Position numbers and translations under genes: made by a program. From a virus: a stretch of 64,000 bases of DNA. Under the pieces are notes generated by a model that saw only the letters and a list, made by a program, of their open reading frames with translations, searched no databases and was not told the DNA's origin. The stretch covers positions 64,001-128,000 of the IMG/VR virus record IMGVR_UViG_3300027906_000002; one strand, given 5' to 3'. Shown piece by piece: positions 6,199-18,300 of this stretch (position 1 is its first letter; each line of letters opens with the position of its first letter).

Positions 6199-7646
6199 TG
6201 GGTATCATTAATAAGAGAGAACCTGAATCCTCTGTTATACAGAGAGAGGGTAATTCTGGTATTGTTACCCCTGATTATAGAATCCCTGCAGGTGTTCCAC
6301 CTGTACCAAGAAATAATCAAGGGAAGAATGATGTATACCTAGAACCCGAAGCAAAAAAAGAAGAAAATCATTACAATAGTAAAGAAGAGTCTTCTAGACC
6401 TGTCGTACCTTTTACTGGTGGGTGGATGGAGAAGAAACTAAGTGATGAGCAAATGAAGTACCTTTGGGATACGATTGACAAGAAGAAGGAAAGTTGCGCT
6501 TATAGACTTGCTGGACATGTAATGGATAGTTACGATCTTGAAGATGAGGAGCAATTCTTCTACCTAAACGTCTTGGATCCATTGATGCAAGAGTATATGC
6601 ATAACTTTGGTAATCCAGGAGATGATATTCCAGTTAATAATTTACATCCGTATTGTTTACACCATTGGTGGGTAAATTATCAGCGTCAAACTGAATACAA
6701 TCCAGTTCATGATCATAGTGGAGCATTTTCATTTGTTATATGGATGAAAATTCCGTATACTAATGAGGAACAAAACGAAACAGGGGGAGAGAAAGCTGAA
6801 ATTGCTAAAAGAGCAGGTTTGAGTAGAGGACATGCTTCAAATGGAGCATTTGAATTTTCGTATAGTGACATTCTTGGAAAGTCTAATACATTTTATTATG
6901 ATATGGGAAAACCATTAGAAGGTACTATGCTTCTATTCCCTTCTAGTTTAAAGCATCAGGTATATCCATTTTTTAATAATGACGAATATAGAATTTCTAT
7001 ATCTGGTAATATAGTTCTTAATACTAATACAAGAATACCTGTAGAAATGAATACGGATCTGCCTGACTTTATAGAACCAGGTAAATTAGAAAAAAATCAT
7101 CAGAGTACTGCAACTACTATAGTAGCTTTACCAGAACATACAGATAAGAAGATCGGTGAATATCATTATCCACCATTTAATGATATTAATGAGAAATTAT
7201 TTCATATCATACAAGATTTGGGATCTGGTAGTACAGGAGTAAATCCCAAAGAAGCACATTGTACGATGACTGATTGGGATTTGTATACAAGTCAAGAACA
7301 TGTTAAAACTATGGTAGATTGGGTTCAACGAATTATTGATGACCAGTTTAATCCTCCAGAACATGATTTTAAGACAGTAGAGACATGGGCAGTTACATAT
7401 AAGGAAGGTGAAGATATAGACTGGCATTCTCACGGAATTAGTTGTTATTCCTTTGTTTATTATGTTAATGTTCCTGAAGGATCATCACCATTGCTATTTC
7501 AGAATCCAGAAGGTATAATAGATCCAAAACCAGGTAAGGTAGTTATTTTTGAAAGTAGATTAAAACACAAGGTTCCACCTAATAACTGTAACGGTAGATG
7601 TGCTGTATCAGGCAACATTTTTCTAAAAAAACATAGAGAATTATGA
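6198..7646 (+). CDS. Tandem two-domain 2OG-Fe(II) oxygenase (TIGR02466-like)
   Basis: Domain 1: WVNYQ..NPVHDH...LFPSSLKHQVYP..RISISGN. Domain 2: WAVTY..IDWHSH...IFESRLKHKVPP..RCAVSGN. Confidence 0.85.
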   Translation: MGIINKREPESSVIQREGNSGIVTPDYRIPAGVPPVPRNNQGKNDVYLEPEAKKEENHYNSKEESSRPVVPFTGGWMEKKLSDEQMKYLWDTIDKKKESCAYRLAGHVMDSYDLEDEEQFFYLNVLDPLMQEYMHNFGNPGDDIPVNNLHPYCLHHWWVNYQRQTEYNPVHDHSGAFSFVIWMKIPYTNEEQNETGGEKAEIAKRAGLSRGHASNGAFEFSYSDILGKSNTFYYDMGKPLEGTMLLFPSSLKHQVYPFFNNDEYRISISGNIVLNTNTRIPVEMNTDLPDFIEPGKLEKNHQSTATTIVALPEHTDKKIGEYHYPPFNDINEKLFHIIQDLGSGSTGVNPKEAHCTMTDWDLYTSQEHVKTMVDWVQRIIDDQFNPPEHDFKTVETWAVTYKEGEDIDWHSHGISCYSFVYYVNVPEGSSPLLFQNPEGIIDPKPGKVVIFESRLKHKVPPNNCNGRCAVSGNIFLKKHREL

Positions 7647-8320
7647 CTTTATCAACTCAATTAAAAGAAGGTACTAAAAAATCACATAATGCGGCAGAGA
7701 ATACTAAATTTGTTGCTGGTTTCCTCAAAGGAGTACTAAACCCAGAAGAGTACCGTAAACTAATTACGGACTTTTATTATGTCTATGAGACAATGGAGGA
7801 AAGGATACAGGAAACTAAGGATCCTTTAGCAAATACGTTGCAACAATGGAATGCAAAATTATTTCGTACCGCATTTCTCAATAGAGATCTTAGGTATTAT
7901 TATGGTCCTATGTACAGGAGTATGCTGACACCATCAGAATCTTGTAATAATTATTGTTATAGGATTAATGAAATAGCAGAGAAAGATCCATATCTTCTTA
8001 TAGCACATCATTATACTAGGTACATTGGTGATCTGTCAGGTGGTCAAATCCTTAAGGGTATTGCTCAGAAGGCGTTAAATCCTCCTGAAGGAGAGGGATT
8101 ACACTTTTACGAGTTTCCCATGATAGAAGATGCAAAGGCGTTTAAAACCGATTACAAAGCAGTTCTAGACGGTCTGGAAATTAATCAAAATCAGATTGAT
8201 GCATTAATTGATGAAGCAAATTACGCATTTAAACTTAACATGCATATGTTTGATGAACTTCAAGGAGATGCGAAAAAAGGACTACTTAAAGTACTATGGG
8301 GAGTAGTTACTGGAAGATGA
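7643..8320 (+). CDS. ho1: Heme oxygenase (biliverdin IXa-producing), auxiliary metabolic gene
   Basis: LKEGTKKSHNAAEN (proximal His), HHYTRYIGDLSGGQIL distal-helix motif, EANYAFKLN. Confidence 0.95.
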   Translation: MTLSTQLKEGTKKSHNAAENTKFVAGFLKGVLNPEEYRKLITDFYYVYETMEERIQETKDPLANTLQQWNAKLFRTAFLNRDLRYYYGPMYRSMLTPSESCNNYCYRINEIAEKDPYLLIAHHYTRYIGDLSGGQILKGIAQKALNPPEGEGLHFYEFPMIEDAKAFKTDYKAVLDGLEINQNQIDALIDEANYAFKLNMHMFDELQGDAKKGLLKVLWGVVTGR

Positions 8321-8913
8321 AAGGAACTATAGCTAATTTGTATCCAACTCCAATATATTGGGTGGAGAAGTTGGATAATTTTGATCAAATTCAGAATGAA
8401 ATTGATGAAGCCGTAAAAAGCGTTAACTTTGAAATGAAAGGAGATTGGGGTGCAACTCATTATCTTTCAGATCCTACTTTCAAAGAGAATTTTATCGTTT
8501 CAAACAATTTAGATCATTTGAAAGATCAAATTGTATACCATTTAAATGATTATATGAAAGGTATTCAATTTCCTCATACTAATGGATATATTGGAAGTTC
8601 ATGGATTTCCTTATTTAAAAAGGGAAACTATGGGCATTGCCATCATCATGGTACTACTGATGTGTCTGGAGTATACTATTATAAAACTGATGGATCTGAT
8701 GGCAGTATATATTTTGAAAATCCTACTCCTGCTATGACCTCATCATTTTGTTATAAAGCTTTGTGTGAAAGAGAGCAAATAGTTCCTAGTGAAGGTATGC
8801 TTGCTTTATTTCCTGGTTGGTTGATGCATGGTATAACGACAAATCAGACAAATCATGATAGAATGAGTCTATCATTTAACATAGTGTTTAATAGAGACGA
8901 GAGTAATTATTGA
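8317..8913 (+). CDS. 2OG-Fe(II) oxygenase (TIGR02466-like)
   Basis: ATGA overlap with ho1 stop (start 8317); LYPTPIY, HCHHHGTTDVSGVYY, LFPGWLMHG, RMSLSFN. Confidence 0.85.
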   Translation: MKGTIANLYPTPIYWVEKLDNFDQIQNEIDEAVKSVNFEMKGDWGATHYLSDPTFKENFIVSNNLDHLKDQIVYHLNDYMKGIQFPHTNGYIGSSWISLFKKGNYGHCHHHGTTDVSGVYYYKTDGSDGSIYFENPTPAMTSSFCYKALCEREQIVPSEGMLALFPGWLMHGITTNQTNHDRMSLSFNIVFNRDESNY

Positions 8914-8915
8914 TT

Positions 8916-9626
8916 ATGAAATTCCAACCATATGATCACGGGTTCCCATTCATCATTATAGATGACTATTTTGATGAGGATGAGTTGAAATTATTATGGA
9001 ATGAGGTCGATACTCTGTATAAAGAGGACGTTTTCTTGGATCCAGTCGACTCTTATAGTGCTTATGATGTGAATGGATTCCTAAAAAACAATAAATGCAT
9101 CCATTTAGACGAATATTTTGCTAAAAAACGACAAAAAAGCGATATTTTACAAATAAATCGCAAAATTTTCCTTCAAGACCTCTTAGTAAGGTCAGAAAAT
9201 TGGTTTTTTAAGAATTTTATCAAAACTTGTGACTATGATTCCACATTATTATCATATTACGAGGGTGACAATTATTATAGAGCACATACAGATGCATCGA
9301 TGATTACTGGACTATATTGGTTCTATAAAGAGCCTAAACAGTTTACTGGAGGGGAGTTTATATTCCCTGAGTATAAGATTGATATTGAAGTAGTTAACAA
9401 TAGAATGTTATTGTTTCCATCATTTATTAAACATCAGGTTATGGAAGTTTATTTAGATCCAAAATTTGCAGATCAAAATATGGGTAGATGGTGTATGACA
9501 CAATTTTTAGATTCTAAGTCAATGTGCGACATAGAATCAACAAAAGAGAGAACTGATATAGAAAAAATGCGAGTGAGAAGGGAGAAAATGGATAAAGATG
9601 TAAAAAGTGTTCTCTTTAATAGATAA
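8916..9626 (+). CDS. 2OG-Fe(II) oxygenase (prolyl 4-hydroxylase-like)
   Basis: YYRAHTD (HxD), FTGGEFIF, NRMLLFPSFIKHQV, RWCMTQF; ATG at 8916. Confidence 0.85.
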   Translation: MKFQPYDHGFPFIIIDDYFDEDELKLLWNEVDTLYKEDVFLDPVDSYSAYDVNGFLKNNKCIHLDEYFAKKRQKSDILQINRKIFLQDLLVRSENWFFKNFIKTCDYDSTLLSYYEGDNYYRAHTDASMITGLYWFYKEPKQFTGGEFIFPEYKIDIEVVNNRMLLFPSFIKHQVMEVYLDPKFADQNMGRWCMTQFLDSKSMCDIESTKERTDIEKMRVRREKMDKDVKSVLFNR

Positions 9627-9629
9627 ATA
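9623..9629 (+). promoter_or_regulatory. T4-like late promoter (NATAAATA)
   Basis: ATAAATA about 25 nt upstream of the ORF that precedes gp25; overlaps the upstream stop codon. Confidence 0.55.
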
Positions 9630-9653
9630 ATAAAGACGTATAAGTCTTTATTG

Positions 9654-9884
9654 ATGAGTGAATCTATTATATTCAAAAGTATTGTACCAAGAGGCAGCTC
9701 TGTAGGTCCTACTGCGGAGCAAATGGATGCAGCTTATAATAAAAAAGATGAACGACATGAAGGTGTAGCGAATAGACCTGTTGATATGTCTGATGAATTC
9801 CGAAACAATGGCTGGGAATACTGTAAATATTTAATTACAGATCCAAGGAGTGACAGTTATCTTAAAAATAGGGAAGGTGAATAG
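9654..9884 (+). CDS. Hypothetical protein upstream of gp25
   Basis: 76 aa from ATG 9654; stop overlaps the gp25 GTG start. Confidence 0.75.
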   Translation: MSESIIFKSIVPRGSSVGPTAEQMDAAYNKKDERHEGVANRPVDMSDEFRNNGWEYCKYLITDPRSDSYLKNREGE

Positions 9885-10309
9885 TGGCATTAAAACCAAT
9901 AACAGGTGCAGAATTAACTAAAAATAAATCGAGACATTTTGCTGATGTTAATATTGCATTTTCTAAAAATAGGTTTACTGATGATGCATCAAAGGTAACA
10001 AATGCAAATTCAATCAAACAATCTATCAAAAATCTAGTTTTAACTAGACCAGGGGAAAAATTATTTCAAAGTAATGTTGGTAGTGGAGTATATCAAAGAC
10101 TCTTTGAACAGTTAGATCCCTTTACGATTGATACAATACAAGGTGACATAATAAATACCATTAACCAATATGAATCTAGAGTGCAACTTCTGAGTTGCAA
10201 ATTAACTCCATTTTACACTGCAGGTAAAGTTTCCGTAGCCGTTAGGTATAAGGTTGTTGGATTACCTATTACAGAATCTATATCATTCGTATTACAGAGA
10301 CCTAGTTAA
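9884..10309 (+). CDS. gp25: Baseplate wedge subunit gp25
   Basis: SIKQSIKNLVLTRPGEKLFQSNVGS...INQYESRV, the GPW/gp25 signature; precedes gp6. Confidence 0.92.
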   Translation: MALKPITGAELTKNKSRHFADVNIAFSKNRFTDDASKVTNANSIKQSIKNLVLTRPGEKLFQSNVGSGVYQRLFEQLDPFTIDTIQGDIINTINQYESRVQLLSCKLTPFYTAGKVSVAVRYKVVGLPITESISFVLQRPS

Positions 10310-12334
10310 ATGCAACCGAATAAGCTAACAGCATTAGACTTTGAAGATATCAAAGCTTCTATAAATTCATATCTGAGAACGAGAGATGAGTTTACAGATT
10401 ATGATTTTAATGGATCTACATTATCATATCTTGTCGATGTTTTATCATATAACAGTTATTATTCAGCATTCTTGTCCAATATGGCAATGAATGAGGTATT
10501 CTTACCTTCATCTACAATTAGAGATAATGTTGTTAATATTGCTAAACTATTAAATTATGTTCCTAGATCAACGACATGTTCTAAAGCATGTGTAAAACTG
10601 GAAGTTCAGACACCTAAGACTAATTTAGCATATCCTAGTTCTGTTACTTTGAAGAGGGGTCCTGTTGCAAGAGGTAGTAATTATATTTGGAATATTCTAG
10701 AAGATGTTACTGTAGAAGTTGATACTGTAACTGGTAAAGCGTTATTTGAGGCTGTTACTATTAATGAAGGGTCTATAATCAATTTTTCATACACTGTTAA
10801 CACTTTCCAGTCTCAAGAGTATAAAATTCCTTCTGAGGATGCTGATATAGAGACTTTGAGGGTTACAGTTAAAGCAAACGAGTCTTCTACTACTTCAGAC
10901 CTCTATAACAAGGTAGAAACTGTTACCAACCTAACTGGTAATACACGTAGTTATTTCCTCTCTGAAGGCGAGGATATGCGGTATCAGGTAAGATTTGGTG
11001 ATGATAGTATTGGTAGAAAGTTAAAGGATGGTGAGATTATCAATTTTGAGTACTTAACTTGTTCTGGAAAAGAAGCAAATGAAGTAACTAGTTTTGGTTA
11101 TATTGGAACTATGGAAGATAGTAATAATATAGTAGTTTCTAATGCTGATATTATTCTTACTGCAAAACAACGTTCTCAAATGGGTGATGACCCAGAGACA
11201 ATAGAATCTATTAAGTATATGGCTCCAAGATTCTATGCTTCTCAATATAGAGCAGTAACAGCACAGGATTATGCTGTTATTACCAAAAATCTTTATTCTA
11301 ATGCTGAGTCCGTTGTTGCTTATGGTGGAGATTCTTTAACACCTCCAATATACGGTAAAGTATACGTTGCTGTTAAGACTAAGACTGGATCTCTTTTAAA
11401 TGATCAGTCTAAGAAGGATTTACAGACTAAATTGAGAGCATATTCAATGGCATCTATAGATCCTGTTGTTATTGATCCAGATGAGCTTTATATCTATCCT
11501 AAAGTCTTTGTTCTTTATGATACTGGTGTAACTAGCAATACTTCTGATATTAAAACAAATATTCAGAATTCTATTAATGATTGGGCTACTCAAACACAAA
11601 TTAACAATTTCAACTCTACATTTAGAAACCAACAGTTCCAAAAAGCAATTGCTTTATCAGATAAAGCAGTTAGTGACGTTTCCGTTCAAACCTCTCTTTT
11701 AAAATATATTAGAGCTGATGCTGACCAGACAAATACTTATTGTATTTCTACTGGTGGTGCTCTTTATAATAGTGCTCCTAGTAATACAGACGGTGCATGT
11801 ACAAAGGAACCAGTTATACTTTCTGGAAACTTTAGGACTGCTGATAGACCAGGTATTGATCAATTATTTGAAGATGATGGATTTGGTAAACTAAAAACAT
11901 TCTATAATACTGGAAATAAGAAGGTTTATACTAATAATTCTGCTGGTAGTATCAATTATGATACTGGAGAAATATGTCTTGGTCCTATTAATATCGTTGG
12001 TGCAGGTGATGATGTCCCTGAATCTACAAATATGGATTTAACTGATCCTGTAACAGGTATTGGTACTGTTATAGATCCTACTAAATTGAATCCGAATTTA
12101 AACCTCCCAGTACTCTTTATACCAGGCAATAATACGACAATTCCAGCGTCAACACCTGGTACTATTATCAATGTAGTCAATCCTGAAGTAACGGTAGCAC
12201 CAATTGGAACTATTCCACCTACCACTATCCCTCTAAATAGTTTGACACCACAAACATTTAACCAAACACCAACTTTGGTTGAGGTAACTCAGATTACTAA
12301 TACAGGTGATCCAAACAGCTCGACTTGTTTCTAA
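10310..12334 (+). CDS. gp6: Baseplate wedge subunit gp6
   Basis: LDFEDIK...FTDYDFNGS, AKLLNYVPRS, ESIKYMAPRFYASQYRAVTAQDY motifs. Confidence 0.93.
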   Translation: MQPNKLTALDFEDIKASINSYLRTRDEFTDYDFNGSTLSYLVDVLSYNSYYSAFLSNMAMNEVFLPSSTIRDNVVNIAKLLNYVPRSTTCSKACVKLEVQTPKTNLAYPSSVTLKRGPVARGSNYIWNILEDVTVEVDTVTGKALFEAVTINEGSIINFSYTVNTFQSQEYKIPSEDADIETLRVTVKANESSTTSDLYNKVETVTNLTGNTRSYFLSEGEDMRYQVRFGDDSIGRKLKDGEIINFEYLTCSGKEANEVTSFGYIGTMEDSNNIVVSNADIILTAKQRSQMGDDPETIESIKYMAPRFYASQYRAVTAQDYAVITKNLYSNAESVVAYGGDSLTPPIYGKVYVAVKTKTGSLLNDQSKKDLQTKLRAYSMASIDPVVIDPDELYIYPKVFVLYDTGVTSNTSDIKTNIQNSINDWATQTQINNFNSTFRNQQFQKAIALSDKAVSDVSVQTSLLKYIRADADQTNTYCISTGGALYNSAPSNTDGACTKEPVILSGNFRTADRPGIDQLFEDDGFGKLKTFYNTGNKKVYTNNSAGSINYDTGEICLGPINIVGAGDDVPESTNMDLTDPVTGIGTVIDPTKLNPNLNLPVLFIPGNNTTIPASTPGTIINVVNPEVTVAPIGTIPPTTIPLNSLTPQTFNQTPTLVEVTQITNTGDPNSSTCF

Positions 12335-12340
12335 AATTAG

Positions 12341-15300
12341 ATGGCAAATACGAATAAGGTCTCTCAGTCAGTTAAATCATTAACTCCTGATTTTATTGAA
12401 CAGGATTATCCCCTGTTTAATAAGTTTATTGAGTACTATTATAGATCTCAAGAAAAGACTGGTCTAGGACAGAATATAGTTAATAATTTCCTACAATATC
12501 TGGATATTGATAAACTGGATGTTGGGATTCTTGATGGTGCGACAAAGATTGTAGAAGCAATTAATGAGACTGATGATAAGATAATTGTAGAGTCTGTTGA
12601 TACCTTTTTAGAGAAAAATGGGTCATTATTAATTGGCGACGAAGTAATATATTACGAGAAAACGACATCTTCACCTAACATTGCGTTAAGTCCAGGTATT
12701 TCATACGAGCAGGTTCAGTTAAAATGGACTGGTCTTGCAAGTCCATTAGCACTTTTTGATGGTTCAAAACAGAGATTTCCGTTAACATCACAAGATAATC
12801 CTATTGCTCCACCATCTGCACAGCATTTAATTGTTAAAGTATATGGTGAATTACAAATACCTCTTTTAGATTTTACTGTAGATGGTACTGATATTGTCTT
12901 TACTGAGGCTCCTAGAGCTAAATTGGATGCTGATGATACATCTTCCACTACTGTAACATACATGAGTGGTTTTGTTGAGAGTCCTATAGTACAAATTGAT
13001 AATATATCCAATAGTTTTGGTGATGATAAGAGACAATTCACTATTACTAGGAATAATGAGAGATACGAACCAGTTATTGATGAATATGTCTATGCAATAT
13101 ATGATAATCAACTTTTAATACCAAAAGAAGAATTTTATATTGATCATGATCAATTTATATTTAAAAATGCACCTTTAAATGGTAGATATTTGGAATTATT
13201 TGCTGTTGAAGCACCAATTCCTTCTTTTGGTGCTGATGCTGTAGGATATGCTCGTATTGATAATGATGGAAGCCTTACAGGCATTTCTACAAATATTAAT
13301 GGTAGTAATTATCGATATGAATATCCACCAAAAGTATCTGTTAATAGTTTAACTGGTAGTGGTGCTTCTGCAACAGCACTTGTTAACGGTGTTAAAGAAG
13401 TACAATTATTAAGTGGTGGTAAAGGATATAGTGATACAAACCCACCTACTGTTGTTGTTCAAGATCCAACAAAACCTGGTGCAAAAACTTCACAAATTAA
13501 GGCAACAGTTACTAATGGAGAAGTTAGTAGTCTAGAGGTACTTAATTCTGGTAATGGTTATACCTTTACACCTAGATTGACTTTCCAACAGCCTGGTGGT
13601 GCAAAAATTGGAGTTCCATACATTGTTGGTGGTTCTATTAGTGGGACTGTTGAAGTTTTAGAGAAGGGATTTGGATATACAACAGTTCCTGAAATTTATG
13701 TTGATGAACCAACAGGTGAAGATGGTATCAAGGCTTCATTACAAGCAGTATTAGTAGATGGTCAAATCCAAAGTATTAATATTTTAAATGCTGGTCAGGG
13801 ATATGAAACTGTCCCTAGAATGATGATTAAGGATCCTGTAGGTGCTCAGGTATTAGAAACAAGGGTTGATGGTGACGGAAGAGTTGTTTCTATCGAACTT
13901 TTAAGTGGTGGTAGTGGATATGATGACGTTCCTTCTGTATACATTTTAGATGATAGAACAGATGGAACTGGAGCATATGCTGGTGGTACTGGAGCTACTG
14001 CAGTAGCATCAATATTCAATGGTAGAATAATTGATATTAATATCGTTAATTTTGGTAGAGACTATAGTGCTGCTAATCCTCCAACAATATTCATTCAAGA
14101 TCCACCATCTGCAGAAGCATCTGCAAATGTAGGATTAAACCAAGTTACTGGATTTATTGTAAATCAGGCTGGTTCTGGATATACTAAAGCACAATTTGAA
14201 GGATGTGCTAGAGCAGCAAGTGGTATTACTGCATATACTGAAGATGGTAACGCAGTTTTCACAAATGATACTGCTGCAACTTCTGCAGCAATTGATACCC
14301 CAGTAAAATGTTTGGATCAACTTTTTGTTAAGAGACTTCTTGACAAATATACAGAACAGTTCCTTCCAGATGTTCCAAGTCTTGATTATACAAAGATTGA
14401 TGTAAGAAATGCTATAAAATCAATTAAAGATTTCTATGCATCTAAAGGTACATCTTTTAGTATTGCATATCTATTTAAATTACTATATGGTGAAACGGTA
14501 AGTATATCTTATCCTAAAGATCAAATTATTAAGCCATCTAATGCTACTTGGTCTATTGATACTATTCTTCGTGCATCTTTAGAGAGTGGTGATCCTGTTA
14601 ATATTAAGGATGGTCTTATAACTCAAGAAGCTGATATTGCTGATTCTAATGTTCAAGCAGCAAGTGCACTTGTAGAAAACTTTATATCAATTAAAACCTC
14701 TGAATTAGAGATTTTTGAACTTGTATTATCAGAAGAAACTATTAATGGTACTTTTACTGTACCTTATAAGACAAGATTGGGTGAGCCTTTAACTGTAGAT
14801 GACAGTATTATTACAGTTGACTCCACTATTGGTTGGCCAGAAAGAAACGGTGAATTTGTTATTGGTGGTACTGAAGTTGTACAATATAAGGAGAAATCAT
14901 TAAACCAGTTTATTGAATGTACTCGTTCTGTTAATGGTGTAGTTGAAGATTGGGATTCTGCTACTGAAGTAAAGTCTAATTTTAGAATTTATATCAATAA
15001 GGGTACTCTTCAAGAAGTTGTAATGAATATTGTTGGTATCGTTGATGCTCAACAAACAACTTTAACAGATACTGGATCTTACTATCTTCCTGGTGATAAA
15101 TTAACAGTTTCTAAGTTAGGTGGTACTGGTATTAATCCAGATTTAACAACTTGGTTATATAACGTCAAAAAACTAATTGAAGTTACAAGTATCACTTACG
15201 GTGGTGTTAACGATCAATCTGCTACTGTAACTTGTGCTAACCCTCATGGACTATTGGTTGGGGATCAGGTTACAATATATGGTGCTAACCCAATCATCTA

Positions 15301-18300
15301 TAACGGATCTTCTCTTGTAACATCTAGAGATGGTGAGTATATTTTCCAATATAATTTACCACAACCTGCTACAGTTGAACCACAAGGTAATATTTTAGTA
15401 TCTATTGACCTTAATAAAGGTAAGTCACTTAACACTGCTATCTTTAATGCTATTAGCCCCTATACTACAAACGTACAAAACTCATTCTTTAATGATCAAT
15501 ACGTTTATGTTGCTGCTACAGGTATTCCAAACTATGAAATTGGTCCTTTCCCAGGATCTGCACTTCTTCCAGGCAACCAGCGTAAATTAAACAGGTTCCC
15601 TAAAGTTGCACAAACAATTTCAACTAAAGACATTATTAATCCTGGTCCTATTGGTACATGGGTTAATGGTGTTTCTATATGGTCTTATAAGTCAGATTTA
15701 AGCAAAACATTTGGTGCTGTAACAGGTATTGATATATTAAATGTAGGTAAAGACTATGATGCTGCTTCTCCTCCAGCAATTACCATATCTGGTGGTGGAG
15801 GTGCTAATGCAACAGCAGAAGTAACTGTTGATGGTTCTATTAGTGAAATTACAGTTACCGATGGTGGTTCTGGTTATACAACCTCACCATTGGTCTCTAT
15901 AGTCGGTGGTGATGGGTCTGGAGCTGCTGCTACAGCAATTATTACTAAAGGTGAAGTTTCACGTATTCTAATCAATACTGGAGGTACTGGATATACTTCA
16001 CAACCTTCTATTACTATTGTTGGTGGTGAAGGTACTGGAGCACAAGGTACAGCTTCTGTACGTGGTCCTATTAAATCAATTGATGTTACTAATGGTGGTA
16101 ATTCTTATACTTCAAAACCTACCATATCATTAAGTTCTGGTAGTGGTGCTGTTGCACAGGCTATCGTTAATAATGGAAGAATTATATCTATTGCTATAAT
16201 TTCTGCTGGTCAAGGTTATACTACTGCACCCGAAGTTACCATTCAAGGTGATGGTTTTGGTGCTATTGCAAGAGCAACAATTGATGTTGATGGTGAAAAT
16301 GCTGGTAGGGTAACTGGAATTGAGATTGTTAACAGAGGTATTAACTATCTTCAAGGTACTACAGTTATTAATCTAACTTCTGTTGGTCAAGATGCTTTAT
16401 TTGAGTCAAATGTATTTGAATGGACTTATAATTTAGAATCTACTTCTATATTTGATGACGCAAGAGGTGGTGTATTTACTGGTTATAATAATGAGTATGG
16501 TGGTGAATATGCTCATTTATCCAATCCTCAGAGAATGAGGTATATTTTAGGTGATAACCTCTATAAAGATGCTTATGGTAAAACTTTAGAAAAAGAAGAT
16601 CAGTTAGGACACTCTCCTATTATTGGTTGGGCATTTGATGGTAATCCAATTTATGGTCCTTATGGTTATACTGATCCAACTGACCAAGGATCTGCTGTAA
16701 TTAGACTTAGCACTTCATTTAGATTACAAGAGAGTCTTGTATTTGATGCAACAACCAATCCATATCCTATTAGAAATGATGGACCTCTTCTTACAGATGT
16801 AGATACAGATGGTGATTATCTATATCCTGCAGGTAAATTTGTTGAAGATTATGAATATGTCTTTGGATTAGGTGATCTAGACCAATATAATGGTCGTTTT
16901 TGTAAGACTCCAGATTATCCAGAGGGTAGATATTGTTATTTTGTAACTATTGATGCTACAGAAGATGGTAATGCATTATTCCCATATGTTATTGGACCAA
17001 GTTACAACTCAGTTGTTGATACTTGGAACCTTTCAACTAGTGCGGTACAACAAAATATCCCTTCTGGTGTTGTAAGATATAGAGATCCTTACGAAAATGT
17101 TGATATTGATGTATCAAGAACACCAAATGCTTCTACTGCTGCATTAACCACTGAAGATGGTGATGTGTTGATGTTTGAAGTTGAGGATGTTAACCGTGAT
17201 GGTGTTATTACTGCTGATGAGACTGAAAATCCTGCTGAGATGTTTGAAGAGTCTCCTCTACAGTTATTTGATTATTTCCCTAAAGTTAAGTTTGACTCTA
17301 AAGTTGATATTGAAGTTGAGACTATAACTAAATTTGAAGATGCTTCTGTAACTGGATTTACTATTGAAAACCCAGGAAAGAACTATCAGGTTGATGATAT
17401 ACTTACATTTGATAATTCAGGTACTGACGGAGCTGGTGTTTCTGCTCGTATTTCTAGGATTAAGGGTGAAGCTATAGATTCTTATAGTTTTGAGAACGTT
17501 AATGGATTGAATTACGGTGTCTTAGACACTAATGTCCCACATAATTTGGTTACTGGTGATGAAGTATATGTTGATTATACTCCTATAATGAATAATACGA
17601 ACAAATCTTTTGTTGTTCGTCAAATTAAGGGTATAGAATCTATTGTAATTGATCAGGCTGGTTCTGGATATGATGAGGAGATTCCACCAACAATTATTAT
17701 TGATGGTGATGGTACTGCTGGTAAATTAGAAGCAGTAGTTACTTCTGTTGGATCTATTGATACCGTTAATATTATCAATTCTGGATCAAATTATACTACA
17801 AGTCCTCGTGTTATATTAAGTCATCCACAAATTTTCAAGAAGGCAGATTATTATGTAACAACGATATCAAATAACAATTATGTTTGTGTTAATGATGTCT
17901 ATGTTAATGATGAAAAAGAGACATTCTATTGTGGTAAAACAAAAGATGCTACTGGAAATACCGTTGCATTTATATCTAAGTATTCTGCTCTAGGTGTTAA
18001 AGAGTGGGAAAGAACTCTAGAAAGTACAGTTGGACAATATTATACAGAGTATCAAAAAATATATGTTAATAAGAATGCATATACAAATGATGAAATTTGG
18101 GTTGTAGGTAATAATAGACCAAATGCAAACCTTTTGGATGTTTATAATCCAGATATTATCTTATGTAAGTATACTCAATCTGTAGATGGATTGGATGCTA
18201 CTTTAGATTTCCAAAAAGGATATGCTGGTATATCTGGTGCTAATCGTGCAGATTATGTTACTTGTATTGAGAAATATTCAGATATTCGTTATGTTATTGG

